Positions 25,538 through 37,549 of a stretch of 64,000 nt of DNA are shown in pieces. The DNA is from Chiloscyllium plagiosum (lineage: Eukaryota). How positions within the stretch are numbered: the first letter of the stretch is position 1; the number at the start of each line of letters is the position of its first letter. The stretch covers positions 57,078,311 to 57,142,310 of the forward strand of contig NC_057719.1 of assembly GCF_004010195.1 (NCBI RefSeq), read 5' to 3'. The position numbers and the translations under genes are program-made. The notes beneath the pieces were generated by a model. It did not search any database. It saw only the letters and a program-made list of their open reading frames with translations, and was not told the DNA's origin.

Positions 25538-26703
25538 TTTAGGGAACTATAGACCAGTGAGCCTGACCTCGGTGGTGGGCAAGTTGTTGGAGGGAATCCT
25601 GAGGGACAGGATGTACATGTATTTGGAAAGGCAAGGACTGATTNNNNNNNNNNNNNNNNNNNNNNNNNNNNNNNNNNNNNNNNNNNNNNNNNNNNNNNNN
25701 NNNNNNNNNNNNNNNNNNNNNNNNNNNNNNNNNNNNNNNNNNNNNNNNNNNNNNNNNNNNNNNNNNNNNNNNNNNNNNNNNNNNNNNNNNNNNNNNNNNN
25801 NNNNNNNNNNNNNNNNNNNNNNNNNNNNNNNNNNNNNNNNNNNNNNNNNNNNNNNNNNNNNNNNNNNNNNNNNNNNNNNNNNNNNNNNNNNNNNNNNNNN
25901 NNNNNNNNNNNNNNNNNNNNNNNNNNNNNNNNNNNNNNNNNNNNNNNNNNNNNNNNNNNNNNNNNNNNNNNNNNNNNNNNNNNNNNNNNNNNNNNNNNNN
26001 NNNNNNNNNNNNNNNNNNNNNNNNNNNNNNNNNNNNNNNNNNNNNNNNNNNNNNNNNNNNNNNNNNNNNNNNNNNNNNNNNNNNNNNNNNNNNNNNNNNN
26101 NNNNNNNNNNNNNNNNNNNNNNNNNNNNNNNNNNNNNNNNNNNNNNNNNNNNNNNNNNNNNNNNNNNNNNNNNNNNNNNNNNNNNNNNNNNNNNNNNNNN
26201 NNNNNNNNNNNNNNNNNNNNNNNNNNNNNNNNNNNNNNNNNNNNNNNNNNNNNNNNNNNNNNNNNNNNNNNNNNNNNNNNNNNNNNNNNNNNNNNNNNNN
26301 NNNNNNNNGAGGCTGAGGGGTGACCTTATAGAGGTTTACAAAATTATGAGGGGCATGGATAGGATAAATAGGCAAAGTCTTTTCCCTGGGGTCGGGGAGT
26401 CCAGAACTAGAGGGCATAGGTTTAGGGTGAGAGGGGAAAGATATAAAAGAGACCTAAGGGGCAACTTTTTCATGCAGAAAGTGGTAGGTGTATAGAATGA
26501 GCTGCCAGAGGATGTGGTGGAGGCTGGTACAATTGCAACATTTAAGAGGCATTTGGATGGGTATATGAATAGGAAGGGTTTGGAGGGATATGGGCTGGGT
26601 GTTGGCAGGTGGGACTAGATTGGGTTGGGATATCTGGTCGGCATGGACGGGTCGGACCAAAGGGTCTATTTCCATGCTGTACATCTCTATGACTCTATGA
26701 CTA
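25538..26703 (+). mobile_element. Young 5'-truncated CR1 spanning an N gap
   Basis: NYRPVSLTSVVGKLLEGILRD...RLRGDLIEVYKIMRG; CTCTATGA tail. Confidence 0.9.
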
Positions 26704-28507
26704 AGTAATAGGACATAGAGTAAGGAAAGGGTCAAGAATCCAACTTCGGACATAGCAGACAGGGGACAACTATAAGAAGGAGGGCAATCAACTCAGGACT
26801 GAGGGTGTTGTACTGAAATGAATGCAGTATAAGAAATAAGGTAAATGAGCTTGTAGTACAGATTGAAATTGGCAAGTACAATGTTCTAGGTATAATAGAG
26901 ATTAGGCTGCAAGCGGGAGGCGTTTGGAGCTAAATATCCAAGGATATACATGCTATCAAAAGGACAGGTAGATGGGTGATGGAGCCAGGTTTGTCTTGTT
27001 AATAAGACCTGAAATTAAATTTGAGAGCAAGAAATGATACAGCATTGTGAGATGTAGAATCTTTGTAGGTAGAGTTGAGGAATCGCAAAGGAGAAAAGAC
27101 CCTGATGGGAGTTGTGTATAGGCTTCCTAGCAGTATTGACAATGTGGGGAAGAAAACAAGTCAGGAGATAGAACAAGCATGTAGGAAAGGCACGAGTACT
27201 ATAACCTTGGTAGCCTTCAATATGCAGGAGGACTGGGAAAATTAGGTTGGTAACCAATCTCAAAAAAAGAAGTTTGTGGAATATCTACAAGATAGTTTTT
27301 TGGAGCACCTTTTCATACAGTCCAAGAGGGAACAGGCAATTCTGGGGTTGGTGATGTGTCATGAGGCAGATTTGATTAGGGATCTTAAGGTGAAGGAACC
27401 CCTCGGGGAAGTGATCATAATATAATAGAATTCAGCCTACAGTTTGAGAGGGGGAAGCTGGAATCAGATGTAATGGTATTACAATTGTGTGAAGGTAACT
27501 GCAAAGATATGAGGGAAGAGCTGATTAGAGTTGACTGGAAGGGGAGCCCAACAGGGATGACAGTGGAGCAACAATAGCAGGAATTTCACGGGGTAATTCA
27601 GGAGGCGCTGCAAAAATTCATCCCAAGGAAGAAGAAACATACTTTGGGGAGAATAAGGTATCTATGGCAGACAGGGGAAGTCAGGGTCAACATAAAAACA
27701 AAAGACAAAGCATACAGTGTGGTGAAGATTGGTGAGAATCCAGAGGACTGGGAAGCCTTCAAAAGCCAGGAGAATAATCAAGAAAGGAATATGGGGGTGA
27801 AGATGAAATGTGAGAGTAAGCTAACTAATAATATAAAAGATACCTAAAAGACATGAGTGAGTGGACACTGGACCACTGAGAAACGAGGCTGGAGAAATCT
27901 TAATGGGGAATAAAGAAATAGTAGAGGAACTGAATAGGTACTTTGCATCAGTTTTCATAGTGGAAGACACCAGCAGCATATCGGAACTTCAGGAGAGTCA
28001 GGGCAAGGATGAGTGCAGTGGCCATCACTAAGGAAAAGGTACTGAGGAATCTGAAAGGTCTGAAGGTAGATAAATTGCTCAGATCAGACGATCTACATCC
28101 CAGGGTTCTGAAGGAGATAGCTGATGAGATAGTTGAGGGATTGATGGATATCTTTCAGGAATCACTGGAGTCAGGGAGTATCCCAGAGAGTTGGAATATG
28201 ACTGATGTAACACCTCTGTTTAAGAAGGGAGAGAGGCAGAAGATAGAAATGTTTAGGCTGATTAGCCTAACCTTGATCATTGATAAGATTTTAGAGTCCA
28301 TTATTAAGGCTGACATTGCTGAGTACTTGCAAGTGTGTTTTAAATAGGGCTGAGTCAGCACAACTTCTTCAAGGGGAAGTCATGTCTGACTAATCCCTTT
28401 GAATTCTTTGGGGAGATGACAAGAAAGTAAGACAAAGGAGAACTAGTGGACTTGATCCATTTGGATTTCCAGAAGGCCTTTGACAAGGTGCTGAACAGGA
28501 GGCTGCT

Positions 28508-28746
28508 AAATAAGATAAGGGACAAAATAACTGGAGATGCTGGAATCCAAAGTAGACAAGCAGAAGGCTGGAAGAACACAGCAAGCAAGGCAGCATCAGG
28601 AGGTGGAGAAGTTGGAGAAGTTGTATTTTTGGGTATAATTCTTCTTTAGAAAGAAGGGTCAAACCCAAAACCTTGACTCTCCACCTCCTGCTGCTGCCTG
28701 CCTGGCTTGCTGTGTTCTTCCAGCCTCCTGTTTATCGAAATAAGAT
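28508..28746. mobile_element. Inverted-arm PLE-like insertion inside the CR1 RT
   Basis: Inverted arms GGCTGGAAGAACACAGCAAGC / GCTTGCTGTGTTCTTCCAGCC; TSD AAATAAGAT at 28508-28516 and 28738-28746. Confidence 0.7.
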
Positions 28747-30012
28747 GGGTCCATAGTGTTAGGAGCAAATTTTTGGCATGGATAGAGGATTGGCTGATGG
28801 GCAGAAGGGAGAGAGTAGGAATAAAGAGGTCATGTTCAGGATGTTAGCCAGTGACTAGTAGTGTTCTGCAGGGGTCAATGTTAGGACAATTACTCACAGT
28901 ATATATTAACGATCTGGACAAAGGAACCAAGGGCATTGGTGCTAAGTTTAGAGATGACACAAAGATAGGTGGAGGTATAGGTAGTGTTGAGGAGGTGGGG
29001 AGACTGCAGAAGGACTTGGACATACTTGGAGAGTGGGCAAGAAAGTGACAGATGGAATACAATGTCTAAAAATGTAAGGTTATGCATTTTGGTAGGAGAG
29101 TAGAGATATAGACTATTTTCTAAATGGGGAAAGACTTCAAAAATCTGAAGCACAAAGGGACTTGGGAGTCTTCATTCAGGATTTTTTAAGATTAACATGC
29201 AGGTTCAGTTCCATTAGGAAGGCAAATGCAACATAGACTTTCATTTCAAGAGGGCTATAATACAAGAGCAGGGATGTACTGCTGAGACTACATAAGGTTC
29301 TGGTCAGACAACAGTTTGAATATTGTGAGCAGTTTTTGGCTCCATATCTAAAGAAGGAAAATCTTGCATTGGAGGAGGTCCAGAGGTTTACAAAAATGAT
29401 CTTGGGGATGAAGGGCTTGTCATTATGAACAGCAGTTGAGGATTCTGAGTCTACTTGATGGAGTTTAGTAGAATAATGAACGATCTCATTGAAAGTTCTG
29501 AGAGGCCTGAATAAATACTCCTTCTAACCAGTTGATACAGTTGCAATTCACAACTCATCATTGCCTCCCCATTTTACAAAACTGCCATCATTGCAGTTAC
29601 CTCAGAAATTGAGAAAAACACTCGATTACCCAACTGCCTTTGCAATCAGTAGCACAGTGGTTATTTTACTGAATAATAATTTGGAGTCCTAAACTAATGT
29701 TCAGAAGACTAATATTCATACCATAGCAGAGGAATCAATAAATTCAATTATTGATGGATTTAGAATTTAAAAAACATTAAAAATAATGGTAACCATGAAA
29801 CTATTGGACTATTTTAATAATCCATTTGGTTAACTAATATTCTCTGTGTGGATCAAATCAACTGCCCTCACCTTGTCCATGTGTGAATTGAAACTGTGAC
29901 AATACAGTTAGCTCTTTGCTGCCTTCTGAAATTAGGTAAAAACAATGACTGCAGATGCTGGAAACCAGATTCTGGATTAGTGGTGCTGGAAGAGCACAGC
30001 AGTTCAGGCAGC

Positions 30013-30233
30013 ATCCGAGGACAGGCAAAATCCGAGGACAGGCAAAATCCGAGGACAGGCAAAATCCGAGGACAGGCAAAATCCGAGGACAGGCAAAATC
30101 CGAGGACAGGCAAAATCCGAGGACAGGCAAAATCCGAGGACAGGCAAAATCCGAGGACAGGCAAAATCCGAGGACAGGCAAAATCCGAGGACAGGCAAAA
30201 TCCGAGGACAGGCAAAATCCGAGGACAGGCAAA
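30013..30233. repeat. Perfect tandem array (ATCCGAGGACAGGCAAA)x13
   Basis: 13 identical 17-bp units counted directly; no spacers. Confidence 0.97.
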
Positions 30234-30268
30234 ATCGACGTTTCGGGCAAAAGCCCTTCATCAGGAAT
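30234..30268 (-). ncRNA. Minimal hammerhead ribozyme motif (PLE family A)
   Basis: Minus strand: ATTC-CTGATGA-A-GGGC-TTTT-GCCC-GAAAC-GTC-GAT. Confidence 0.7.
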
Positions 30269-30302
30269 AAGGCTTTTGCTCGAAACGTCGATTTTGCCTG
30301 TC

Positions 30303-30855
30303 CCAGCCTCTACCACTTCCTCTGCCAGCTCATTCCACACACGCACCACCCTCTATGTGGAAAAAGTTGCCCCTTAATTCCCTTTAAAATCTTTCCTGTC
30401 TCACCCTAAACCTATGCGCTCTAGTTCTGGACTCCCCCACACCAGGGAAAAGACTTTGTCTATTTATCCTATCCATGCCTCTCATGATTTTATAAACCTC
30501 TATAAGGTCACCCCTCCGCCTCTGATGCTCAAGGAAAAACAGCCCCAGCCTATTCAGCATCTCCCTAAAGCTCAAATTCTCCATCCCTGGCAACATCCTT
30601 GTAAATCTTTTCTGAACCCTTTCAAGTTTCACAACATCCTTCCGATAGGAAGGAGACCAGAATTGCGCACAATATTCCAAAAGCGGTCTAACCAATGTCC
30701 TGTACAGCTGCAACATGACCTCTCAACTCCTATAATCAATGGTTTGACCAATTAAGGAAAGCATACGAAGCACTGCCTTCACTATCCTATCTACCTGCAA
30801 CTCTACTTTCATGGAACTATGAACCTGCATTCCAAGGTCTCTTTGTTCAGCAAAC
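30303..30855 (-). mobile_element. Internal CR1 fragment lacking its own 3' tail
   Basis: LQLYRTLVRPLLEYCAQFWSP..RGDLIEVYKIMRG..VRVWNELAEEVVEAG, then joins PLE sequence directly. Confidence 0.92.
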
Positions 30856-30898
30856 CCTCCTCTAGCTTATCTCTCCACGCTTCAGGCTCTCTGCCTTT

Positions 30899-30933
30899 AT
30901 TCCTGATGAAGGGCTTTTGCCCGAAACGTCGAT
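30899..30933 (+). ncRNA. Minimal hammerhead ribozyme motif (PLE family A)
   Basis: CTGATGA 30903-30909, stem II GGGC/GCCC, GAAAC, GTC cleavage triplet at 30928-30930; stem I is short. Confidence 0.7.
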
Positions 30934-31789
30934 TTTGCCTGTCCTCGGATTTTGCCTGTCCTTGGATGCTGCCTGAACTGCTGTGCTCTTCCAGCACCAC
31001 TAATCCAGAATCTGCCTTCTGAAATTGTCTAGGACATCACTAATTGTATTCAAGTAGGCTTTCTCAAGGGCAACTAGGAATGGGTTATGAACACTAACCT
31101 GCCAGTGAAAACACTACCCATGAATAAATAAATAAAAACTTGCTTTTTCTCTCATGTGTGATGGATAATCATGACAGTTCATTTTAGTGAAAGATCCATC
31201 TGGTAGATTTACAGCCACCAGTATCTTTCCTGTTGGGGATTCACTGGGCCTACTTAGCCCAGTGTAGAAAGAAAAACCACTTGGCAGTCTAAAGAGAATA
31301 AGATGCTGTTTACCTGTGTGACAGCAATTAAGTGCAAATTACATTCATATGGTGGACATTGTTACCAGACTACGTGAAAGACTTCAATGTTAGGCCTGAA
31401 ATTAGTCTTCCCAAATCAAGCCCATAACACATTATTACTGTATATTGGCTATTGCTTAATACTCTTCTCAGCTTAACCTTTTCAGATATTTATACCCCTT
31501 ACACAATATCTAGGGTTCCTAAACCTGTTGCCACTTTCTAGTTCTGGACCCACCATCAATAAACCATCCTGTCTGAATGTCTGCAATCAGGTTTCTGTCT
31601 CAATATTTTAAGACTTGAATCAAATTTCAAATAGGATTTTGTGTAACTATATTTATGTGGTTTTGTTCACCCAAGCCATTTCTACAACATTTAAAGTAGT
31701 TGACAATGTCATCATCCTCCAACAGCTTTTGTTTAATGGATGCCTTGTTTGGATCTATGATTATTTATTTAACCATAGCTAATGTATTT

Positions 31790-32820
31790 CAATCAACATC
31801 TTCTCTTCCCACTTTCAACTTTGGCATTGCCCCATGATTTGACCTTAGCCCTTTTGCAATATGATCTAAAGTTATCAGGTCAATCTCCATATGTCAATTG
31901 ATGGTGCCCAAACCTGACTATCCATCATTTGACCATTGACATCTGAGGTGCTATCAAATTGCTTGTACAGCATTCAGTGTTGACCATAAGATGCAGGAGC
32001 AGAATTAGGCCATTTGGTCCAATGTGAGTGTTCTACCATTCAATCATGGCCGATAAGTTTTTTTAACCCCATTGCCCTGCCTTCAACTTGTAATCTTTGA
32101 TCCCCTTGCTAATCAAGAATTGAATGGATGAGCCTTAACTTGCTCCAGCTAAAGCCATTGTCTTCAACACTTACAACAAATCATGATCCTTGGCATTGAT
32201 TCCATGGCCATTCTGGTAACCTTGGCAGTTACTGGATGTTAAACTGTGCTATGACACTATTTTCTTTCTATTAAAATGGCTAACCTAATTCAATTCTAAA
32301 ACATGTCCTGTCTCTGTTCCAATGTGTCTAAGTTCTAATTCATGTCTTTGTTACCTCCAAACCTCATTATGTTGAGGTGCTCCCATTCTCCAACCCCTGC
32401 CAATTTCCAGTTAAAATTTTGCAGTTTGTATCTTATGTGAGATCAAATGAATCTCCCCATCACACCCATCCTTGCAGAAGTTCTATTTAATGCCTCCATG
32501 ATTTCTCCTCATCTCTTTAAACTTCACTAGCCTTCCAGTTTTCCTGCCATCACTGTATTCCTTAGTCATTGACAATGTCCATTTGTTGGCCCACATTTTG
32601 ATGGATTGGACCATTAGCTGCTTAGGCACTGTTTTATGGGATTACCTTAACTCTGTACTTCCCTATTCTCTTTTATGATGCTTTTCTATGACTAAGAATT
32701 TAGCCAGTTCCTAATCTTCCCAAGTATAATTTAACATTCATAATAGTTATGGCTCTGTGAAGCTTTATGGGACATTTTTCTCCATCAAAGCATTATGTAG
32801 ATTCAATTTGTTGATGTATC
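31790..32820 (+). mobile_element. Highly decayed L2-type LINE 3' relic, interrupted by a CR1 tail (~31985-32120, minus strand)
   Basis: Vestiges resembling GVPQGSxLGP, HMYADD and HAFVTSRLDY (CATGTCTTTGTTACCTCCAAAC). Confidence 0.45.
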
Positions 32821-33109
32821 AGCTATAGTTGCAATATAAAAGATACCACAATTTCAGTGCCAAGTCCCATCAATTCAAACAAAGAGTAACTGTGTGAACT
32901 GAGTTTAATTTATTGACTAAACACTGTTGCAAGAACTGCTTGTGCAAAGTATTCAGTGTACATTGGGCTTAATTCACATATGGAGAAATATAACACAAAT
33001 TCTTAGAACTTTTGATGAGCCATTCAACAGGAAACAAGAGTATCAACTGAATAGGGGTGTAATAAATAGCAATGTATAGTATTCAAGGAAATATGTTAGG
33101 TTTGAAATC

Positions 33110-33455
33110 ACGAGGGGTCTGGAGAGAACAAATAGGGAGAAACTGCTTCCATTGGTGGAAAGATAGAAGCTAAGGTTTAAAGTAATTAACAAAAGCAACA
33201 ATCACACTATGAGGTTCAATATTTTCATACTGTGAATGATAGGAATCTGGAAGCATTGCATGAGAGAGTGGTGGAGGTAGATGCATTCAATGTATTGAAA
33301 GGTAGTGGATTATTATCTGAAAAAAAAATGTGCAGAGCTGCAGGGAGAATGCAGAGGAATGGCATTGGGTAAATTGCTCCTATTTGATAGCCAGCACAGA
33401 CAAAATATACCAAATGGCCCCCCATCTGTACTGTGACCATTTTGATATTGTGTGA
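33110..33455 (+). mobile_element. Decayed CR1 3' end
   Basis: Remnants of the RGLER..REKLLPLV and VNDRNLEALHERVVE region plus 3' UTR. Confidence 0.65.
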
Positions 33456-33967
33456 ATCTAATGTGGACATGAGGAGGTATTCTTTTGACGCGTTTTGATT
33501 TTAAATGTGATTTGCAGGTGTAATTAAACACAGACATCTTTGGAAAACTGATAACGTCTTATTTCTTTCGTAAGAATTCATGTAAAACCTGAGTTATTAT
33601 AATTATGAATTATTTATGAATAGTCTAAAGCTTAAATTGTAATCACCAGTAATGAACACCTGTCAGCTGATTATTACCAGCATCAAATGTTTATGATTGT
33701 CCAACACTTTTACATTTTAAAAAAAAATGTAGGGCTGTCTGAAAGTAATTATAATGTTCCTTTCAATAAACAAGGTTTTGATGGAAAGAATCTGCCCATT
33801 GGATAATTATAACAACATATGATTGCAATAATCATAAGTTTTAGATAATTGTTTATAACTCTAGTAAATGGATTGCACACTTGAAAGAATTCACTGTACT
33901 AAACAAATGTAGCTCTCTATGTTTTCAGATTCTGCCATCTCTCAGACCATTCCAATTCAGAAATGTA

Positions 33968-34181
33968 CCAATAGTTCAAAGTTTGTGAGAAGATTTGTAG
34001 CTCGGGTGCTCGTTGTTGTGGTTCTGTTCGCCGAGCTGGGAATTTGTGTTGCAGACGTTTCGTCCCCTGTCTAGGTGACATCCTCAGTGCTTGGGAGCCT
34101 CCTGTGAAGCGCTTCTGTGATGTTTCCTCCGGCATTTATAGCGATTTGTATCCGGTTGTCAGTTCCAGCTGTCCAATAGTT
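33968..34181 (-). mobile_element. Penelope-like terminus (family C) with 9-bp TSD
   Basis: TSD CCAATAGTT at 33968-33976 and 34173-34181; ends CCGAGCTACAAATCTTCTC, like 59409-59428. Confidence 0.8.
34051..34090 (-). ncRNA. Minimal hammerhead ribozyme motif (PLE family C)
   Basis: Minus strand: GCA-CTGAGGA-T-GTCACC-TAGACA-GGGGAC-GAAAC-GTC-TGC; stem I GCA/TGC. Confidence 0.75.
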
Positions 34182-35086
34182 TCCTGTGCTTTGTAACTCA
34201 TGGTTAAGCCTTGAAAAGACATTACCTGTTAGGTAGGAATCAGGGAATAAATCATGTTGAAAAACGTATTTGTTTGTAAAACTGAAGAGAACCAGCATGT
34301 GCATACTCTGAACTAATTAGAGACTCGACAACCCAATGGTGCTTAAAAGGTGCTGAAGGATTTGCTTAGAAAACCACCTATCTTCATACCTTTACCCTCT
34401 TTTTAAAAAAATTATGACATTTATATATGGAAAGAAGCTGATCTTTTTATTTCTAGTATCTTGTAATCTTATTTATGAGAACTTAGTGGAGGTTTTCACG
34501 ATTGGAATGGTGCATAAAAAGAAGGAATTACAAAACAATGCATTGCAAAGGAGGCCATTTCAGCACTTATGCATTTGCAGGTCTTTGACAAGCTACCAAT
34601 TACAGTAATCCAATTACCAAACAGTGCCTACACAGCCCTGTGATTATTTTCTCTGAGTGTTAGACAGGTTTCTTTTTAATTGTCACTATTGAATCTACTT
34701 CTACTACTCTTTAAAGCAATGCATTCCAAAACACAATCATTCTCACCACCAAGATGAATTTCTCCACATCATGTATGGTTCTTGATCACATTAAATTGCT
34801 GTTCTCTGGCTACTGAGCTTCCTGCCACTGGGAACATTTTCTCTTTGTTTACTCTGTCAAAACCATTCATTACTTTGAACTCCTCTATTAAGTCTCCTCT
34901 TGACCTTCCCTACTTTAAGTGACCAGCAACATAATGCCCACTCTGTTTATATAAAATGAGTTAAAAATCACACAGCACCAGGTTATAGTCCAACAGTTAA
35001 AAATCGCACAACACCATGTTATAGTCCAAATCAGGTTTAATTGTAGGCACAATAGCTTTCAGAGCGCCGCTCCTTCATTAGGTGAT

Positions 35087-35121
35087 CACCTGATGAAGGA
35101 GCGGCACTTTGAAAGCTAGTG
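35087..35121 (+). ncRNA. Minimal hammerhead ribozyme motif (PLE family B)
   Basis: CAC-CTGATGA-AGGAGCGGCACTTT-GAAAG-CTA-GTG; stem I CAC/GTG; palindromic AGCT stem III; stem II weakened by mutation. Confidence 0.6.
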
Positions 35122-35628
35122 TGCTTCCAATTAAACCTGTTGGACTATAACCTAATTTGAGATGCTGGTGTTGGACTAGGGTGTACAAAGTTAAAAATCA
35201 CACAACATCATGTTATAGTCCAACAGGTTTAATTGGAAGCACACTCGCTTTCGGAGTGCCGCTCCTTCATCAGGTGATATGGAGGATACAATTCTAAGGC
35301 ACAGAATTAATAGCAAATATTTACAATCTGATGTAATTGAAATTATACATTGAAAAATACCTTGATTGTCTGTTGAGTCTTTCATCTGTTCGAATACCAT
35401 GATAGTTTCATTTCTTTCATGTGTAAATCACAAAACCTTTTTTTAAAAGTTGCATTCTCAGCTTAGCTGTAACAATGGGTGATAGCTAGACAATATGTTG
35501 TAGGTGTTAGTCCCCTGTGTTCTCTGTCTATGACCTGATGTTTACACTGATTTTAATCTAAAGAGTGAGATAACAGAGTTTTACATGAATTCATGCAGTT
35601 TGCTAATCAGAGCAAAGTACAATGTAAT

Positions 35629-35916
35629 TCTGCAAGTACAAATTCACCCCGCAAAATATATGTGTGCATGTGGGTCTTTTGTCTGTCTGTGTGTGTGTGT
35701 CTGTCTGGGTTGGTGGTTGTGAGTGAGAGACAGAGTGTATTTGTGTGTATAGTGATTGTAGAGTGTCTTAAGTCTGCAAGTACAAATTCACCCCGCAAAA
35801 TATATGTGTGCATGTGGGTCTTTTGTCTGTCTGTGTGTGTGTGTCTGTCTGGGTTGGTGGTTGTGAGTGAGAGACAGAGTGTATTTGTGTGTATAGTGAT
35901 TGTAGAGTGTCTTAAG
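35629..35916. repeat. Exact 144-bp tandem duplication
   Basis: 35629-35772 equals 35773-35916. Confidence 0.9.
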
Positions 35917-36190
35917 TTTGTGAGGAGGTGCATGTGTGAGTGTGGGAGTATGTGTGCGTGTCTGGGGTGGGGGGTTGTGAGTGTCTGTGAGAGAGAGTGT
36001 ATATGTGTATGCATGAGTGCGGAATGGTCTAAGTCTGTGAGAGGATGCCTGTGTGAGTGTGGGAATGTGTGTGTCTGTAAGGGTGTGTGTGAGTATCTGT
36101 GTATGTGTCTGTGTATATGTGTGTCCGTGCATATGTGTGTATAGGAGTGCCTGTGTGTGCCTGTGTGTGTGTGTATAGTGCAATGGTGGT

Positions 36191-36644
36191 CACCTGTAAT
36201 GTGACATGAACCCAAGGTCCCGGTTGAGGCCCTCCCTATGGGTACCGAACTTAGCTATCAGCCTCAGTTCAGCCACTTTTCACTGCTGCCTGTACCAAAG
36301 TCCGCCTTGGAGGATGGTCACCCGAAGGTCCGAGGTCGAATGTCCTGGACCACTGAAGTGTTCCCCATCTGGGAGGGAACACTCCTGTCTGTTGATTGTT
36401 GTGCAGTGCCCATTCATCCGTTATCGTAGCCTTTGCTCAGTTTCCCCAATGTACCATGTCTCAGGGCATCCTTGCCTGCAACATATAAGATAGACAATGT
36501 TGGCTGAGTCACATGAGTACCTGCCATGTACAAGGTGGGAGGTGTCCCCACATGTAATGGTGGTATCTATGTCCACACTCTGACACGTCTTGCAGCGCCT
36601 ACCGTGATAGGGTTGTATGGAGTTGTCCTGAGAGCCGGGCAGCT
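36191..36644 (-). pseudogene. PLE GIY-YIG endonuclease domain
   Basis: RRCKTCQSVD..GRYSCDSANIVYLICCRQGCPETWYIGETEQRLR*RMNGH..EHFSGPGH..AELRLIAKFGTHREGLNRDLGFMSHYR*; two internal stops. Confidence 0.92.
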
Positions 36645-37549
36645 NNNNNNNNNNNNNNNNNNNNNNNNNNNNNNNNNNNNNNNNNNNNNNNNNNNNNNNN
36701 NNNNNNNNNNNNNNNNNNNNNNNNNNNNNNNNNNNNNNNNNNNNNNNNNNNNNNNNNNNNNNNNNNNNNNNNNNNNNNNNNNNNNNNNNNNNNNNNNNNN
36801 NNNNNNNNNNNNNNNNNNNNNNNNNNNNNNNNNNNNNNNNNNNNNNNNNNNNNNNNNNNNNNNNNNNNNNNNNNNNNNNNNNNNNNNNNNNNNNNNNNNN
36901 NNNNNNNNNNNNNNNNNNNNNNNNNNNNNNNNNNNNNNNNNNNNNNNNNNNNNNNNNNNNNNNNNNNNNNNNNNNNNNNNNNNNNNNNNNNNNNNNNNNN
37001 NNNNNNNNNNNNNNNNNNNNNNNNNNNNNNNNNNNNNNNNNNNNNNNNNNNNNNNNNNNNNNNNNNNNNNNNNNNNNNNNNNNNNNNNNNNNNNNNNNNN
37101 NNNNNNNNNNNNNNNNNNNNNNNNNNNNNNNNNNNNNNNNNNNNNNNNNNNNNNNNNNNNNNNNNNNNNNNNNNNNNNNNNNNNNNNNNNNNNNNNNNNN
37201 NNNNNNNNNNNNNNNNNNNNNNNNNNNNNNNNNNNNNNNNNNNNNNNNAAGGGCTTATGCCCGAAACGTCGATTCTCCTGTTCCCTGGATGCTGCCTGAC
37301 CTGCTGCGCTTTTCCAGCAACACATTTTCAGCTATAACCTAGTGTTGTGTGATTTTTAACTGATGTTGTATGATTTTTAACTGATGTGCGATTTTTAACT
37401 TCGTCCACCCCAGTCCAACACCAGGACCTCCAAATCATATAAACTGAAGTTGCTCATCCATAGTACCATCCTAATAAGTATCTTCTGCACCCTCCATGTC
37501 ATTGACAGTATTCCAAATAAAGCATGGCCCATAAATTGGATACAATGGA

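Larger units (their letters stand above)
24250..29510 (+). mobile_element. Near-full-length decayed CR1 (ORF1, endonuclease, RT) with nested insertions
   Basis: GESYLDAVFQEAVTP..LSLSNRFEIL (ORF1); endonuclease remnants at 26800-27450; LHPRVLKE, HLDFQKAFDKV, LQGSMLG, FRDDTKIGG (RT). Confidence 0.88.
29919..31026. mobile_element. Composite Penelope-like insertion: inverted termini, 17-bp array and internal CR1 fragment
   Basis: 15-bp TSD CTGCCTTCTGAAATT at 29919-29933 and 31012-31026; inverted arms ~29970-30268 and ~30899-31011. Confidence 0.88.
34959..37438 (-). mobile_element. Penelope-like element (family B, Neptune-like) with stacked terminal repeats, gapped
   Basis: GIY-YIG coding remnant, CA-rich 3' region, several direct and inverted GTTAAAAATCACACAACACCAGGTTATAGTCCAAC units, three hammerhead motifs at 35050-35277. 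Confidence 0.9.

Noticed and set aside
25539..26495. Long ORFs of 292 and 312 aa
   Set aside because: They run through the N gap; the same applies to 36526-37325.
30013..30233. CRISPR array or repetitive-protein ORFs
   Set aside because: No spacers, eukaryotic context; the ORFs arise only because the 17-mer has no stop codons.
35593..36215. Cys/Val-rich and His/Thr-rich ORFs
   Set aside because: Translations of the (TG)n-rich PLE 3' region.
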